64,000 nt of DNA. Origin: Octopus bimaculoides. Its lineage: Eukaryota. Position 1 is the first letter of the stretch; each line of letters begins with the position of its first letter. Where the stretch lies: positions 100,906,074-100,970,073 of the forward strand of contig NC_068983.1 in the NCBI RefSeq assembly GCF_001194135.2. The letters run 5' to 3'. The translations under genes and the position numbers were made by a program. Shown piece after piece: positions 1 to 35,031 of the stretch. The notes under the pieces are model-generated. The model did not search any database. It had not been told where the DNA came from and saw only the letters and a list, made by a program, of their open reading frames with translations.

Positions 1-1406
1 GAAATTTAAATAAAAAGAACGTGCAAATCAAAACAGTTTCTAGGACTTCTCTGAAAATGAAAGACAGCCAAAACTGGGCTTCCTTTGGGAAAAATGGATG
101 TCAGCATTAAAATTACCTTATATTAATCTGGAAGTAATGAAAATTCTTTATAAATAAAGTTATTTAAGTCCATGTAACTGGAAAACTTCAAATGGGATAT
201 AGGGTTCGACAATATGCAATATTGATTGATTAAGTAGCAAACCTTGTGGTTGAATAAGCTACCAGAACCAACTGAATAGTGCTTTTTTTTTTTTAGAATG
301 TAACCAATGAATTTGATGTGTGAAATTCATAAAAATGATAAGAAAAATTGGCCAAAATATCATTCAATTATGCTTACTGGTAAAAACATAACTCAAAATT
401 TGAGACGGAATGGAATTAAAGAATGAAGAATGGACATGTACATGTTAAATCAAGTGAGTTACGCAAAAGTCAAAAAATACCACTCGTTTTCTATTTTATA
501 TAAGAAACTGTTAGCTAAAATTTAGATATTTGTCACCCAAATTTCCACGTTCAATTACCAATCAATTTGTCATTTTCTACTCTCAACTGAATTTTGTTGT
601 GAGAAAATATTCACACAGTTAATTGATCGCCAATTAGTGCCATTTATTCATTAAAGTTAATATCTTATTTCATTTTTACTTATTCAAAATAATTGCCTTG
701 TCTTCTTACTCTTTTGTGTCAGCTTAGTTATTAAACACAGAATGACATGCCTGAATGTACATGTTCAAGTACAGTTCATTTTAGAATGATATCAATTTTT
801 ACTGTAATCACATATGTTCTTTCATGAAATTGCTTAGAAAGCTTAATGCAATTAATGCTCTGATGCTGACTGGATAAACATAGCAGCTGTTTGTACATGA
901 TTTACAAAATGATAACCAATAAGCACTGTTGAAATCAGATTTTCCATCAAGATTTTGATTAAAAAAGGGCAAATCTCACATTGAAACTAATGATTATGTT
1001 ATGAAATTTAACTGATGCTCCCACTGTGATGTATTTTACCTATGTGTAAAATTTCAGCGCAATCAGTTGAAAAATATGGCCATTATAATCTTTCACACAC
1101 ACACACACGTATATATTTAATAATGAATTAAAAGCAGTGCTAGTATTGTAAATATTACCAACCACACATACTCAATGTAATGTATTTTCTTTGTTCACCA
1201 GTTTACTGCAATATAACACCTGGAGGATGACTCCCTCATTACGCTGAGTTTAAAAACATCTAAAAGTCATAGACAGCCAAGACAACTTACCTCTGATCAA
1301 ATCCAGGAGTGATGGATACTAATATTTTACTATTACTGTGGATTATCAACATCACATACCAGAATCAAACTGGGGATGAACTGTATTGTCTGTTTATGAC
1401 TACATA

Positions 1407-1784
1407 TTTTTTTTTCTATTGGCACTCCATCGCTTACGACGTCGAGGGTTCCAGTTGATCCGATCAACGGAACAGCCTGCTCGTGGAATTAACGTGCAAG
1501 TGGCTGAGCACTCCACAGACACATGTACCCTTAACATAGTTCTCGGGGATATTCAGCATGACACAGTGTGACAAGGCTGACCCTTTGAATTACAGGCACA
1601 ACAGAAACAGTAAGTAAGAGTGAGAGAAAGTTGTGGTGGAAGAGTACACCATCCCCTGCCGGAGCCTCGTGGAGCTTTAGGTGTTTTCGCTCAATAAACA
1701 CTCACAATGCCCGGTCTGGGAATTGAAACTGCGATCCTATGACCGCGAGTCCGCTGCCCTAACCACTGGGCTATAGCGCCTCCA
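1407..1784 (-). mobile_element. tRNA-derived SINE (family C)
   Basis: Head GGAGGCGCTATAGCCCAGTGGTTAGGGCAGCGG...GTTTCAATTCC carries A and B boxes; A-rich tail. Confidence 0.85.
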
Positions 1785-3212
1785 CATGACTACATATAGA
1801 TAGAGTAAAAATTATTTGCTGGTATACTACAGCTATGCATACATAAGATTAAAGTCAATAACGAATTCAAAGCAGTGCTAGTGTTGTAAATATTATTGAC
1901 CACACATGCTTAATGTATGTGTTTTGTTTGTTCCCTAGTTTACTGTGGTATAGTACCTGAAAGCCATTGATAGGTGAAACAACTCATATATACAATGGGC
2001 CCACACATATATACAATGGGCCCCCAAACAGTTTCTATCAGCCAAACACATTCACAAGCATTGGTTGGCAACTGGCACTATAGTAGACACTTGTCCAATA
2101 TGCTGCACAATGCAATTGAACCTGAAATCATATGGTGGTAAAGGGAGCTTCTTAACCACACACTTGAGCAAACATAAAATAAAAAAAGATTTCATTAAGT
2201 CAGTGCAATTTTAGTTCTAAAATGAAGCTTCCTGTCAGACCACTCCAAAGTGTTTGTTGACTGGACTCTCTTCAATCCACATTCTATCAACTCTGCTCAG
2301 TTATGTTTCCATTCCCATTCTATTCTCTATCAATAAGTGTTTTTATCTTCAATTAAACAAACTTATACAGACTGTATTATATTTGACTCCTTAATCTTTA
2401 GCACACACATGTGAGAGAGGAAAAGGTTCCAAAGTGCAGTAGTTCTAAGAAGAGTATTGGGTCACGTGAAAAGGGACACTGGAAACACTCTCCAGTGAGA
2501 AGGATACAACATAGAATTTTTCAACACGATCAACTTAGGGCAATGGATAGATACAAGCATTTGAACATTGGGACAGATGGCTATAAAACTTATTTACAGC
2601 CTTTTATATTCTGACTTCAAAATCCTTCTACAATTGATTAACTATCAGTGAAGTACAGAAATCATTTTATATTTCTGTAATGCATTCTAGATGTGAACAG
2701 AATTGTAACAGGAGACAAGAAAACTCACAGCTATTACGCATAACAAAGATGTGTTTTTTCAATATTCATTATCAACATATGTAAATAATACACAGCTACA
2801 ATGTTCAAGTTTAATACAAATGCTAGTTCCCACAATCTCTGATGATTTTTTTTGATGACAACAAATATATTACACAGGCAAAACTGCTCCCCAAAGATTA
2901 ATATTCTTCTTCAGTGTCAGAAAATACTTTAATCCTGATCATTTGCCCTAGGCAGTTGTCCATGAATCTAAGGGTCCAATTCTAATCTATTTATGTTGTT
3001 ATGTCTCTAGGGGGCCTCAGTGCATTGCTTTTTAACTTACCTGGACATTTATCATAAGACACATACAAATTCAGAATAGAAAATATATCTGCTATTCAAT
3101 TCAATAGAATGTTTCACACAAAAATATTTTCTTCCCCAAAATAACATTTCCAAAAAAAACAACATATATCACCAGAAAGTAAAAGAAAAATAATTTCTAC
3201 AGAATTTTTGAG

Positions 3213-3520
3213 CATCCATCATCATCGTTTAACGTCTGCTTTCCATGCTGGCATGGGCTGGATGGTTTGACTGAGGACTGGCGAACCAGATGGCTGCACC
3301 AGGCTCCAATCTGATCTGGCAGAGCTTCTACAGCTGGATGCCCTTCCTAATGCCAACTACTCCGAGAGTGCAGTGGGTGCTTTTATGTACCACCGGCATG
3401 AGGGCCAGTCAGACGGTACTGACGACGGCCATGCTCAAATGGTGTTTTTTATGTGCCACCTGCACAGGAGCCAGTCCAGTGGCACTGGCAACGACCTTCC
3501 TCGAATGTTGTTTTCCACGT
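3213..3520 (-). mobile_element. RTE LINE 3' end with (GAT)n tail
   Basis: Matches the 3'UTR of the RTE copy at 16925-18160. Confidence 0.85.
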
Positions 3521-3533
3521 GAGATAGAGATAG

Positions 3534-3586
<53 letters not shown>

Positions 3587-3830
3587 GAGGGNNNNNNNNN
3601 NNNNNNNNNNNNNNNNNNNNNNNNNNNNNNNNNNNNNNNNNNNNNNNNNNNNNNNNNNNNNNNNNNNNNNNNNNNNNNNNNNNNNNNNNNNNNNNNNNNN
3701 NNNNNNNNNNNNNNNNNNNNNNNNNNNNNNNNNNNNNNNNNNNNNNNNNNNNNNNNNNNNNNNNNNNNNNNNNNNNNNNNNNNNNNNNNNNNNNNNNNNN
3801 NNNNNNNNNNNNGAGAGAGAAAGAGAGAGA

Positions 3831-3884
<54 letters not shown>

Positions 3885-3890
3885 AAGACA
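3521..3890. repeat. (GATA)n/(GA)n microsatellite spanning N-gap 3592-3812
   Basis: Seen directly. Confidence 0.95.
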
Positions 3891-4072
3891 GAGAGAGCTG
3901 AATCTATTCTGAAGAGAAATCTGCTTTTCAATTCAGTGGCATTTTTGACACAAGAAATCTACTATTTAGTTAAATAGAATTTTTGACACTTGACCTCTTG
4001 AATTCCATTCCAAACCCCTACATAAGCAACATATATAAGAAGAAACTTTAAGAGAAAATATCAAACATAATT

Positions 4073-4281
4073 GCAGGAGTGGTTGTGTGGTATAGGTGCA
4101 GGAGTGGCTGTGTGGTATAAGCACAGAAGTGGCTGTGTGGTGAGTAGCTTGCTTACCAACCACATGGTTATGGGTTCATTCTCACTTCATGGCACCTTGG
4201 GTAAGTGTCTTCTACTATAACCTTGGGCCAGCCAAAGCCTTGTGAGTGGATTTGGTAGATGGAAACTGAAAGAAGCCTGTC

Positions 4282-4318
<37 letters not shown>

Positions 4319-4546
4319 CATGTGTGTGTGTATATGTTTATGTGTCTGTGTTTGTGCCCCACCAAAATTGCTTGACAACCGATGCTGGTGTGTTTACATA
4401 CCCGTAACTTAGCAGTTTGGCAAAAGAGTCCGATAGAATAAGCACTAGGCTTACAAAGAATAAGTCCTGGGGTCAATTTACTCGACTAAAGGTGGTGCTC
4501 CAGCATGACCACAGTCAAATGATTGAAATAAGTAAAAGAATAAAAG
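4073..4546 (+). mobile_element. tRNA-derived SINE (family A, CORE-like CACCTTGGGCAAGTG block) with triplicated 5' segment
   Basis: Colinear with the copy at 15841-16246; internal (TA)n; three tandem head units at 4073-4144. Confidence 0.88.
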
Positions 4547-5399
4547 TATGTCCTTAACTATGTGTAGAATATGAGAACAAATTGTTTTAATTTCTAATTC
4601 TTATTACTTAATTCTTGACTTTGAATTTTCAATATTTAATAGGATGGACATGAATACCAAAGCCAGTAATATTTTATAAAATTCACTTAATGTAACGAAT
4701 ATAAAAATTCTCATCCTGTCTGATTGAAGAAAAAAGTAAAAAGAGTCTTTAAACATACTTCTGTGCTGTTTACATTTCTACTTATAACCTTTGAGTTGCT
4801 TGGATTCTTAACCCCTTTTCAATTATATATATATATATGTGTGTGTGTATATATATGATATACCAGTGCAAACATGCCATCTTTCAGATAGCATATTTTA
4901 CATTAGTTTGTTATCATTGTATCATATATTCTATAGTGTATATGTGTAAGTACACATATGGTATGCATGTGGGAAGAATGTTGGCAAGACATGCAACAAG
5001 AGCAAAGCTTGAACATCAATAATGAAAAACAAGGCTATATCATGAAATGCAATTATGTTAAGAGAGAATGTGCATTTATAAAGCAATTGCGACCTAATTA
5101 CTGCCAATATATTTTATAAAATATATGATGCATTTTTAATGCAGTTAATATTCATTACTAAGCACAATATCATCATAAATACTGTTATCCTTTTTATATT
5201 GAACCCATCTTATTCACATTATTGTTGTCTTTTTTATGCAAACCAAATTAAAAAAGTATGTTCTTTATTTATATATAACATGCAGTTATATAATTAAATA
5301 CTGTTACATACAAAATGAAAGTAAAGCAAAGGAAGCTGATATGTAGATATATGATAGCAATGTAATCATGGTATCACTTATGTTAAAGCAATGTGCATA

Positions 5400-5870
5400 C
5401 ATACACAATTGTGTCCCACTGACTTTGTTTCTTCAAAATTTCCAGAAAAAGGAATATTTTGTAATGAAATTTTCTACAAATATGTTTCAGATGACATAGG
5501 TTCCAATAATACATAAACTTATTGTGAAAAAAATGCAATTGGAGAAATGGAGAGAGGAGTTTCAGACAATTCATGCTAGTTGGATTTGTTTCCTCATCAC
5601 TTTCTGAAAAATTGGTATTTTTAGATCAACAAATACTTTGAAAGCATGTAGATTATGATTATATTGGAATTTAATATGAAAATAAAAATTGGTGGGATAG
5701 AAGGCATACATACTGATACACAATACATTTTTTAAAAAAATTATTAAAAAAATTCTGATATAATCGGAATCTACACAATCTGAAGCATACTTGTAGAAAA
5801 TTTCATTAGCAAACATCCATTTTTCTGAAAGTTATGAGGAAACAAAGTCAATGAGGTACACATGTGTAGG
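5400..5870. mobile_element. MITE with long (about 90 bp) terminal inverted repeats, TA-flanked
   Basis: 5402-5492 is the imperfect reverse complement of about 5778-5868. A third partial arm lies at about 5581-5626. Confidence 0.75.
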
Positions 5871-5874
5871 TATG

Positions 5875-5935
5875 ATTCAACTAACTCCGTCCGGTCACTG
5901 TATATCATTACGCACAAGTTACCGGAAGTCCATAG
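5875..5935. promoter_or_regulatory. CpG-rich promoter-like patch with ETS motif CCGGAAGT
   Basis: ccgtccggtc...ttacgcac...ttaCCGGAAGTcc within otherwise CpG-poor DNA. Confidence 0.35.
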
Positions 5936-6329
5936 TATACATGTACTTTTTTATATATAATGTAGAAATTATTAGTGACAGAAGCAGAATTAATACTGAA
6001 AGGTAAAGGTTATATGCATCTTATCATGGATGCTGTGTTAGAACACCAAATACTGCACTATTAGCCTTGAGAGAGACCCTCTCATATGGGTGCTTAGTAC
6101 ATAAAATCACATTCCATTGCAGATGAAATTCATCTGCCATGGGCGCTGAAATTCTCTTACCACGTGATTTCGGTTTATTGGCTCTTCTTAGTAATTTCTT
6201 TATTATGATAATAAACATCTTTTACAAAGAGGGACAATACAGGACGTTACAAACATATAGATGAGCTAAGTGAGTTTATAATTAAAAATTGGATGTATCC
6301 TATATACAATTTAAAAATTTACACAAACT

Positions 6330-7320
6330 TGCTTTTACCATGGGTGGAATTAAGTAGGGACAGTCACTCCCAACTTCCTCATGACATCATTCCATCTTTT
6401 CTCATATATGCTTTGTGACAGGTGTCCCCTCTCCACCTCTATCTTGCTTTTCAGGTGGTACCTGAAGTATTATGGCAGACCAGTGCCGGAGATGAAGGAT
6501 CCTGTCTTGATTCCTTGCATTCTTGTTCTCCATGCACACTCTTTCATTACTGCAACCGTACATAGAAAACATGACTCACCTTCCTTTGATAGTCCATTTG
6601 GCGGTACAATCTTCATCACAGACTCAGCTGATAGCTGTATTCTTCCCAGGTGCGACAACACGTGTTCTACGTAAATAATCAAGCCCGAAAGCTGCGGGCA
6701 CTGTACAAGAGCATGCAGGGCACTCTCCCTATCCTGCCTGCACCTTGGACATTCCGGTGGCACTGATATTCCGTGCCTGGACAATTTATCGTGGACAGGT
6801 AGCGCATCTCTGTAACACTACCAAGTCAGGGATCTTTGGTAATTATCCAAATACCCCGACCTGAAGGTGTTTTGAAACAGTTTGGCTAGCTGGTTCTCAT
6901 CAAACCCCAGAGCCTCTCCTAGGATGTCATCGCTCTTATACTCTACCATCCCTTTAAAAAATACAGAGGTGGTATTTCAGCCGTCAGCCTTGCCCGCCCT
7001 GTGGATTAGTGCGAGTGCCTGTCGGCACTCCTTTTACCATTCAGTCGTATTCTGTCTTTTTATCAAACCGGGTGTAAATCCCTCCAAGGAGGCCAGTTGT
7101 GGAAAGAATTCCCCTGCAAACGAATTCCACACCTGGCCACCATCCAGGTAGAGCCAGAGATGCCTTAGCCTCAGTGCAGGCATGCACGTCAATATTCACG
7201 GCATCTCTAACCCACCCTTCAGTGGTTCTTGGCAGCATTCGGAGCACCTCACAAACAGTTTTCCCTTTCACAAAAAACGGAAAAGAAGTCGCACTAGTTT
7301 GCATATACAATATATAGAAT
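6330..7320 (-). mobile_element. 5'-truncated L1/Tx1-type LINE, ORF2 C-terminus
   Basis: ORF 6470-6784 contains the zf-RVT-like motif CPRC...ESALHALVQC; GC-richer block with frameshifts. Confidence 0.75.
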
Positions 7321-7549
7321 ATCAGAATATTTGCAGACGCTGGTGTCGCAAATAGCTAGCAGGCTTATCAAAAATTAATTATTACCGAAGGAAGCAGTAT
7401 TAATACCGAAAGGTAATCATTATATGTAACTTAACATGGATACCTTATTAGAACACCGAATACTACGTCATCATTATTATGGTGGAACTCGAAGTAGATA
7501 TAACTATAAATAATAGCAAGTAGAATGTTGAATAGAAAATAAATCAGCA

Positions 7550-7619
7550 GCTACCGATAGGACTTGAACCTACGTCTTCTGTGAGCATGTTAGATGTGCT
7601 AACATTATATCATGGCAAC
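7550..7619 (-). pseudogene. Degenerate tRNA-like element (tRNA pseudogene or SINE head)
   Basis: Minus strand reads GTTGCCA TGATATAATGTTAGCAC ATCTAACATGCTCACAGA AGAC GTAGG TTCAAGT CCTAT CGGTAGC. Acceptor and T stems pair, the B-box GGTTCAAGTCC is intact, and the anticodon arm is broken. Confidence 0.55.
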
Positions 7620-7929
7620 CTTTCGAATGTTCTAAATCTGTTTTAGAAGTTTTGTTCTGACCAGCGAGAACTGTATGTTGTTTATATTGTAAAATTATTT
7701 ATTTATTTATTTATTTTGATTTTTAGAAACTTCAATTGAAAGGAAATAAATCTCAGAATAGATGAAACTATAAATGTCAGCATGTAGAATATATATTTTA
7801 TAACAATAATTTTTAAATATTTTTTCTTAAATTGAATTGTAATTTGGTATTACTTAGACAATCATAAATTTATAAATCTGACTTTATATTTAAATACGAA
7901 ACTAAATACCTCAATCGAATTTTAAGTAA

Positions 7930-7964
7930 CATTATGTGCACGACTTAGTCGTGTGTTTGACAAG

Positions 7965-7972
<8 letters not shown>
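7930..7972 (+). promoter_or_regulatory. CSN6 promoter/5'UTR core: YY1-like CAAGATGGCG overlapping the start codon, plus inverted repeat CACGACT-T-AGTCGTG
   Basis: Both motifs are read directly. CpGs are locally retained from about 7330 to 9030. Confidence 0.5.
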
Positions 7973-29812
<21,840 letters not shown>

Positions 29813-30225
29813 ATAGTTAATTTACTCAGCAGAAAATGACACTATTTCTGTGGTTGTGTGTTGCAGTGAAAGTTAGGAAAAGTTGGCAATGAGAATTATA
29901 GATGCTGCTACCGCACCTAGTTGCATCTATTGATTGCTTCTTCTCTACGTTACGTCACTTCTCTACCATTCACAGCTTCTACAATCTTCATTTCTTTGTG
30001 TTGTGAAGGCTCATGGTGAGAGAGAAACTGTTACTTGTGGACTTGCTTCAAGCACTGGAAGGCTGCTACTTTCCAGTTTACCCATAATCTACTCCTTTTG
30101 ACAGTAATAAGTTAACTACACAAACTGGTTCACTCACATAAGTTCTTTCCAACCTTTAGACATTAATGCTCAGACAAAACTTACATACATACACATACAC
30201 TAAAAGCATTCAGTTCTTTTTTTTT

Positions 30226-30231
30226 AATAAA
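30226..30231 (+). terminator. Candidate CSN6 polyadenylation signal AATAAA
   Basis: AATAAA about 415 nt after the stop, in U-rich context. Not proven to be the site used. Confidence 0.4.
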
Positions 30232-30608
30232 ATAATAACTTTCTTATTCTTGTTATTTTTAAATTATTTATTATTTATATATATTTATATAATAACAAAC
30301 ATTAATTCAGACATTCAATTCCTGCATGCAGATGAAGTGATCAGAAATACTTAGAAACTGCTTGGTATTTCAGATTTCTAGTAAAATCACCGTTCAGAAT
30401 CTTTGGACATTTTAATTGATGGCGATCCAAAGTATATTAGGTTCTTATTTATAAATCTTTCTCAAATTGATGTTGAATATTTGTGTATGTTAACTCTATC
30501 AAATGTGCGATCTGAAAACACTAATAACTTATATATGGAGCCAAAGGTTTTACTTTGATCACACACCTAAGCCTAGCATTATTAAAGACCTCTTCCATTT
30601 CCATTATA

Positions 30609-30672
<64 letters not shown>

Positions 30673-31839
30673 TGCATTCATATACATACACACAATTACA
30701 AACATACTTTAAATGCCATTTTTAAACCAAGATTGACTCATCAATTCTAGTCTAGATCTTGAGATGTAAGGGATTTTCAGCCATCCTTGAATAACTGACA
30801 GCAGACAGTGATATGAAATCTAATATTGAATTTCATCTACAAATTTGGATTAAATTTATCAATTCTGTTTTATTTAATGTCCAGTAATTTTTTGCTTTTA
30901 AGACTATTTTTTTACTGCTACATATTTAGTTACTTCTGACTTAACAAATTGTATCTTTCTATAAATTACTTTGCAAGCATAAAAAATTATACTAACATAT
31001 AGAGTTGGTTGTTTATTTACAGTTAACAAAATCTTTATTTGTTACCTTTTATTAAAAAAATATTTATACACTTTACACTGCTAAAAAAAAATCTTTTACT
31101 GTATTTTGATTTTCTTGTAAATTCATTGAGTTTATTTTCCCAAGTTAGCATTGCTGTGTTAATATATTTTCTATGTTGATCCAAACTTTTCAGTTTTTAC
31201 CTGCAACATTACAAGGTTATATCAGTTTCTTCTAAAAGCAAGAACTATCATCTAAACTCCTGCTAAGTGTATTTCACTCAACTTGATGGCTTCTTCATCT
31301 CACATAAGTGGGTTATTTTGAAGTAACTTTTATAGTTCTTTTGTCATTTCTATAATTGCATGTGTTTATCAAGCTTAACTAGAGGTAGAAGTTATATAGT
31401 CTGAGAAAAAAAAAAGTTAAGTTTATCTTGTTAGATGAGTTCTTCACTTGTACTATGCAGTGTTTATTGACGCTAAAGTTAATTAACTGATTATTAAAGA
31501 TCCTGAAGTTGTTTGGTAACCAACAACCAACCATAACATTGACTAAATTATTTCAGCTTTTATTTTTCAACTTACCAATACAGACAGGGTCAGGCAGCAA
31601 AATTTAGACCGTTTAAAAATGTTATCTTAATATGAATTAAGAGCTGGTATTTTACAAATAATGAATCTCAAATATTAACTTTAAGTTGTTTGGTTACTGA
31701 TCATGACAGCTTATACTAGAGTTTTGGAATCACTATGATGAAACGTTATAGCTAAAATATGTCACTCTGGGCATAGCCCTTTTGACAAGAGATATGTCAC
31801 CCATTTAACAGGGCCTACATGCTGACATAGCTGCTCCTT

Positions 31840-32560
31840 TTTAGATTGTTCAAAAAAATCTGTTGTAGTAAATCTATCTTTCAAGTTGATCAAGCTTACA
31901 AAGACCCATAATATAAACAGGAGGATGATAGCTAGTGCCTTTAAAAATGATTTAGGTATGAAGTCATATGTTTACAACAAGTGTTGAAGCATTCTCACTA
32001 TTCATTCTTGAAGCTGTTAAGGTTGAGAGAATTCTAGAACTTCTTAATTACTTGACATACATTGGAGGGAAAGTGAGGGTTTTTGTTGATAAAAAATTTG
32101 AAATTCACTGTCATGAAAACACTACAACTGGAGAGATATTACTTTCAAGCCTTCCAGATTTCTTGTATTCATGCTTTGGTGATGGGCATTTGGAGCTACT
32201 GCAAACAATGGTTGTGAGATGTCATCTCATTTCATTGAAGCTGGTCTTAATACAACTGAGTATTTAAACATCCCTAATAAAAGTTCTGATGCCCTGGATT
32301 ACTCAACATTATGGTCTGAATGAGTTATATTTATCCAAGATCACACAATGTTCAAAGCATACTCAGGATTATTTGAAGGTGAAACTTCCACAATGTATTC
32401 ACAAAGAAATCTGGCCTTCTTGCTTGCTAGGTCTAAATCTACTTGATATGGACCTGTTCTCAATGAGTACTGGTTCAATGTCATCTAGGCAGAAAAAGTA
32501 TGCTTCATCTTTCACATCCATATTCAATTTATTGTAACTGCTAATGGTAAATATATATAT
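31840..32560 (+). mobile_element. Highly degraded Tc1/mariner (maT-like) transposase remnant
   Basis: Fragments NDLGMKSY, VFVDKKF, HFIEAGL, VLMPWITQHYG and WPSCLLGLNLLD (a degenerate WPPNSPDLNPLD). Confidence 0.55.
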
Positions 32561-33990
32561 CGAATATTATCTTGCCTTATGTTAAAACAAAGTTTCATGC
32601 TTCTACTTTTTCAGTTATCTTAGTTAAAGGCTTAGAAGCATCTCAACACAGTTTTGATTTTGCTACTTGACCCTATATATGTTTTCTACATCTTTCTAGT
32701 CTCATTAAAATTATGAAGAAAACATAACTCGTGTTTCACTTGTTCAATACCTACTTCTCCATCAGATAACTTTAATTAAAGAATTACTGATTTCTTGTGT
32801 TATCTTACTTCTGAACTACATTGTTATTATCATCATTTTGCCAATCTTCTCTTGAAGAAGGGAACTGGACTTACTGTAGTATCTTCATGTAACTAGTTAC
32901 TGGTTGCATACTCATGACTTTTTTTTTTGCATAGATCAAATTATGATTAGTATGTAACCCTTGGCTTCCTGAAACAGCTGTCGAGTTACTTAATTTCTTT
33001 ATATTTTATTCTGTATTTATTGTGTTCCATACCCACCCTTATATATATAGGGGTGGGCTAAAGTACATATACAGTTGTGTGGCTCAAGCATTGATTCAAA
33101 GAATCTAGAAATCAAAAAAGTGAGTTTCCAATGAACTAGGCATCTCCTGCAGATCCCTTGGTTGACTTATGAACCGCTTAAGTTTAAAAAAGAAATAGAG
33201 AAATGAAAAGAACATTCCATTCATTATACAACTGTGTATATATCAAGCTTAACTGTCTATCTGCATAACTACCTCCATATCAGCTCATTTTGGATTTCTC
33301 ATATAGTCACTCTTGACGCTGGACCTTTCCTAAATGAAGAAGTCAAAGTTTAAGTTTAAATTCATTTGGGCACTACTATGTGTTTTCTATACTGAACTTA
33401 TCTGCCCTCACCTATTGACTGTATATTATACATACATAGTTTTCATTTTTGCAGAGACTTATTCTACAAAAACAGTTTAATTCTCAAAAATAGACACTCA
33501 GTTTTACTCAACACAAATTTAAAAGATTCATGAATTTCAGCTAAACATTCTAAAACCAAGCTATTATTTTAATCTTTGTACAATGTACTTCATTTCCTAA
33601 AATTATCTCAAAGCATAAAATTTATATTCATGAAGTATATAAGGAACTAAAACCTTCGTATTCTTACTAATATTAGACTTTACAATTAACCAGAAATTTC
33701 TTTGGTGACTCCCACATTGCCAAACAATTTAAAGACTAAGAGTTTAGAGAATATCAATCAGTTTAATTAGTATAAGAAGTAAATCTAGTATTTCAGATTC
33801 TTGGCCTTTAACTAAATATTGACAGTTTGTATGTAGGTGAGATTCAGGACTTTATCTCCATAAAGATTAGGCATCCTTTTGAGAGATAGAATATATTCAT
33901 GCCTGAACAGCTGCTGCTAATTCAGTATGTTCTACATGAGAATACTGCTTAAACAGTTGTAGAAGTACATCCTCTATATACACTTCTTAA

Positions 33991-35031
33991 CCCTTTCGTT
34001 ACTAACCTGGCCGTAGCCGGCCGAAAATTTTTTGGTTCATAAGGCCAACCCGGTCGAGAGTACCCATTGTTATTTAAATGTATATTTGAACCCAAATCTC
34101 ATTAGTATATTCGTTAAAACACCTGATTTCACTTTACAGACAGTTGAGTTATTGTATCCGACATTGTTTGGCGTAATATTTGAACTCAGTGAATTTTGGA
34201 AGATTTTTTTTCCACATTTTTTGCGGGGTTAATTTTTTTCAACTTTGAAGATGGAGAGGAGTTTCATGCTATCAAGCAGTGGTTCCGAATTTGAAGGTTT
34301 TTCAACAGAAGATACAGAGATATCGAAGAAAAGAATGAACGAGCTACAAAAGCATGTGGGGAACGATAATGAATCGGATATTTCTGTATCCGAAACTGAA
34401 AGTGGCGAGGATAATTTTACACCAGAATGGAGTAAAGATTTAAAAAATATTTTTATTAACAATTTTTCTGAGGAGACAGGGTCTACCCATAGTCTTTTTC
34501 AGGAAGCGAAACCTTTAGACTTCTTTTTCTTATTTTTTCCAGCATACTTGTTTGAAATGATTACTGCGGAAACAAACCGTTACGCAAGATGTAAACAAGC
34601 CGGAAAAAAAGATAGCTTGTGGTTTCCTGCAACGGTAGATGAAATACCGGCATTTTTTGCCATAAATATTATTATGGGTATTAGACAGTTACCCAGAATA
34701 ACAAATTACTGGAGCAATCAGGAACCTTTTGGCGATGAATATGTTTCCAGTATCATGACGCGAGTACGATTTGTGAAACAACCAATATTTACATGTGAGA
34801 GACACTAGCAGTACCCCCACCCCAGTACGTGGAGAACTTTGAGACAAAAGTTATGCAATAGAATTGATTAAGAACCCTTTCTTCAATTATGTTCCAAATA
34901 TCACATTAATATGTTGATAAATAAAAAAGTTACAGGTGTTTAATGAGACTAGTCTAAATTCATGATTATTTTAGAATTTAATTGAAACTCATAAGAGGTG
35001 TATTTTGGTCAGAAATATAGTAACGAAAGGA
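33991..35031 (+). mobile_element. Internally deleted piggyBac element (1041 bp) with TTAA target duplications
   Basis: TTAA|CCCTTTCGTTAC...GTAACGAAAGGA|TTAA. ORF 34245-34808 is a piggyBac transposase N-terminus (PLDFFFLFFP, ETNRYA, EIPAFF, YWS, IMTRVRF) with no catalytic core. Confidence 0.92.

Noticed and set aside
34245-34808. piggyBac ORF as a domesticated PGBD gene
   Set aside because: It lies inside TIRs and TTAA duplications and lacks the catalytic core, which fits a deleted transposon copy.
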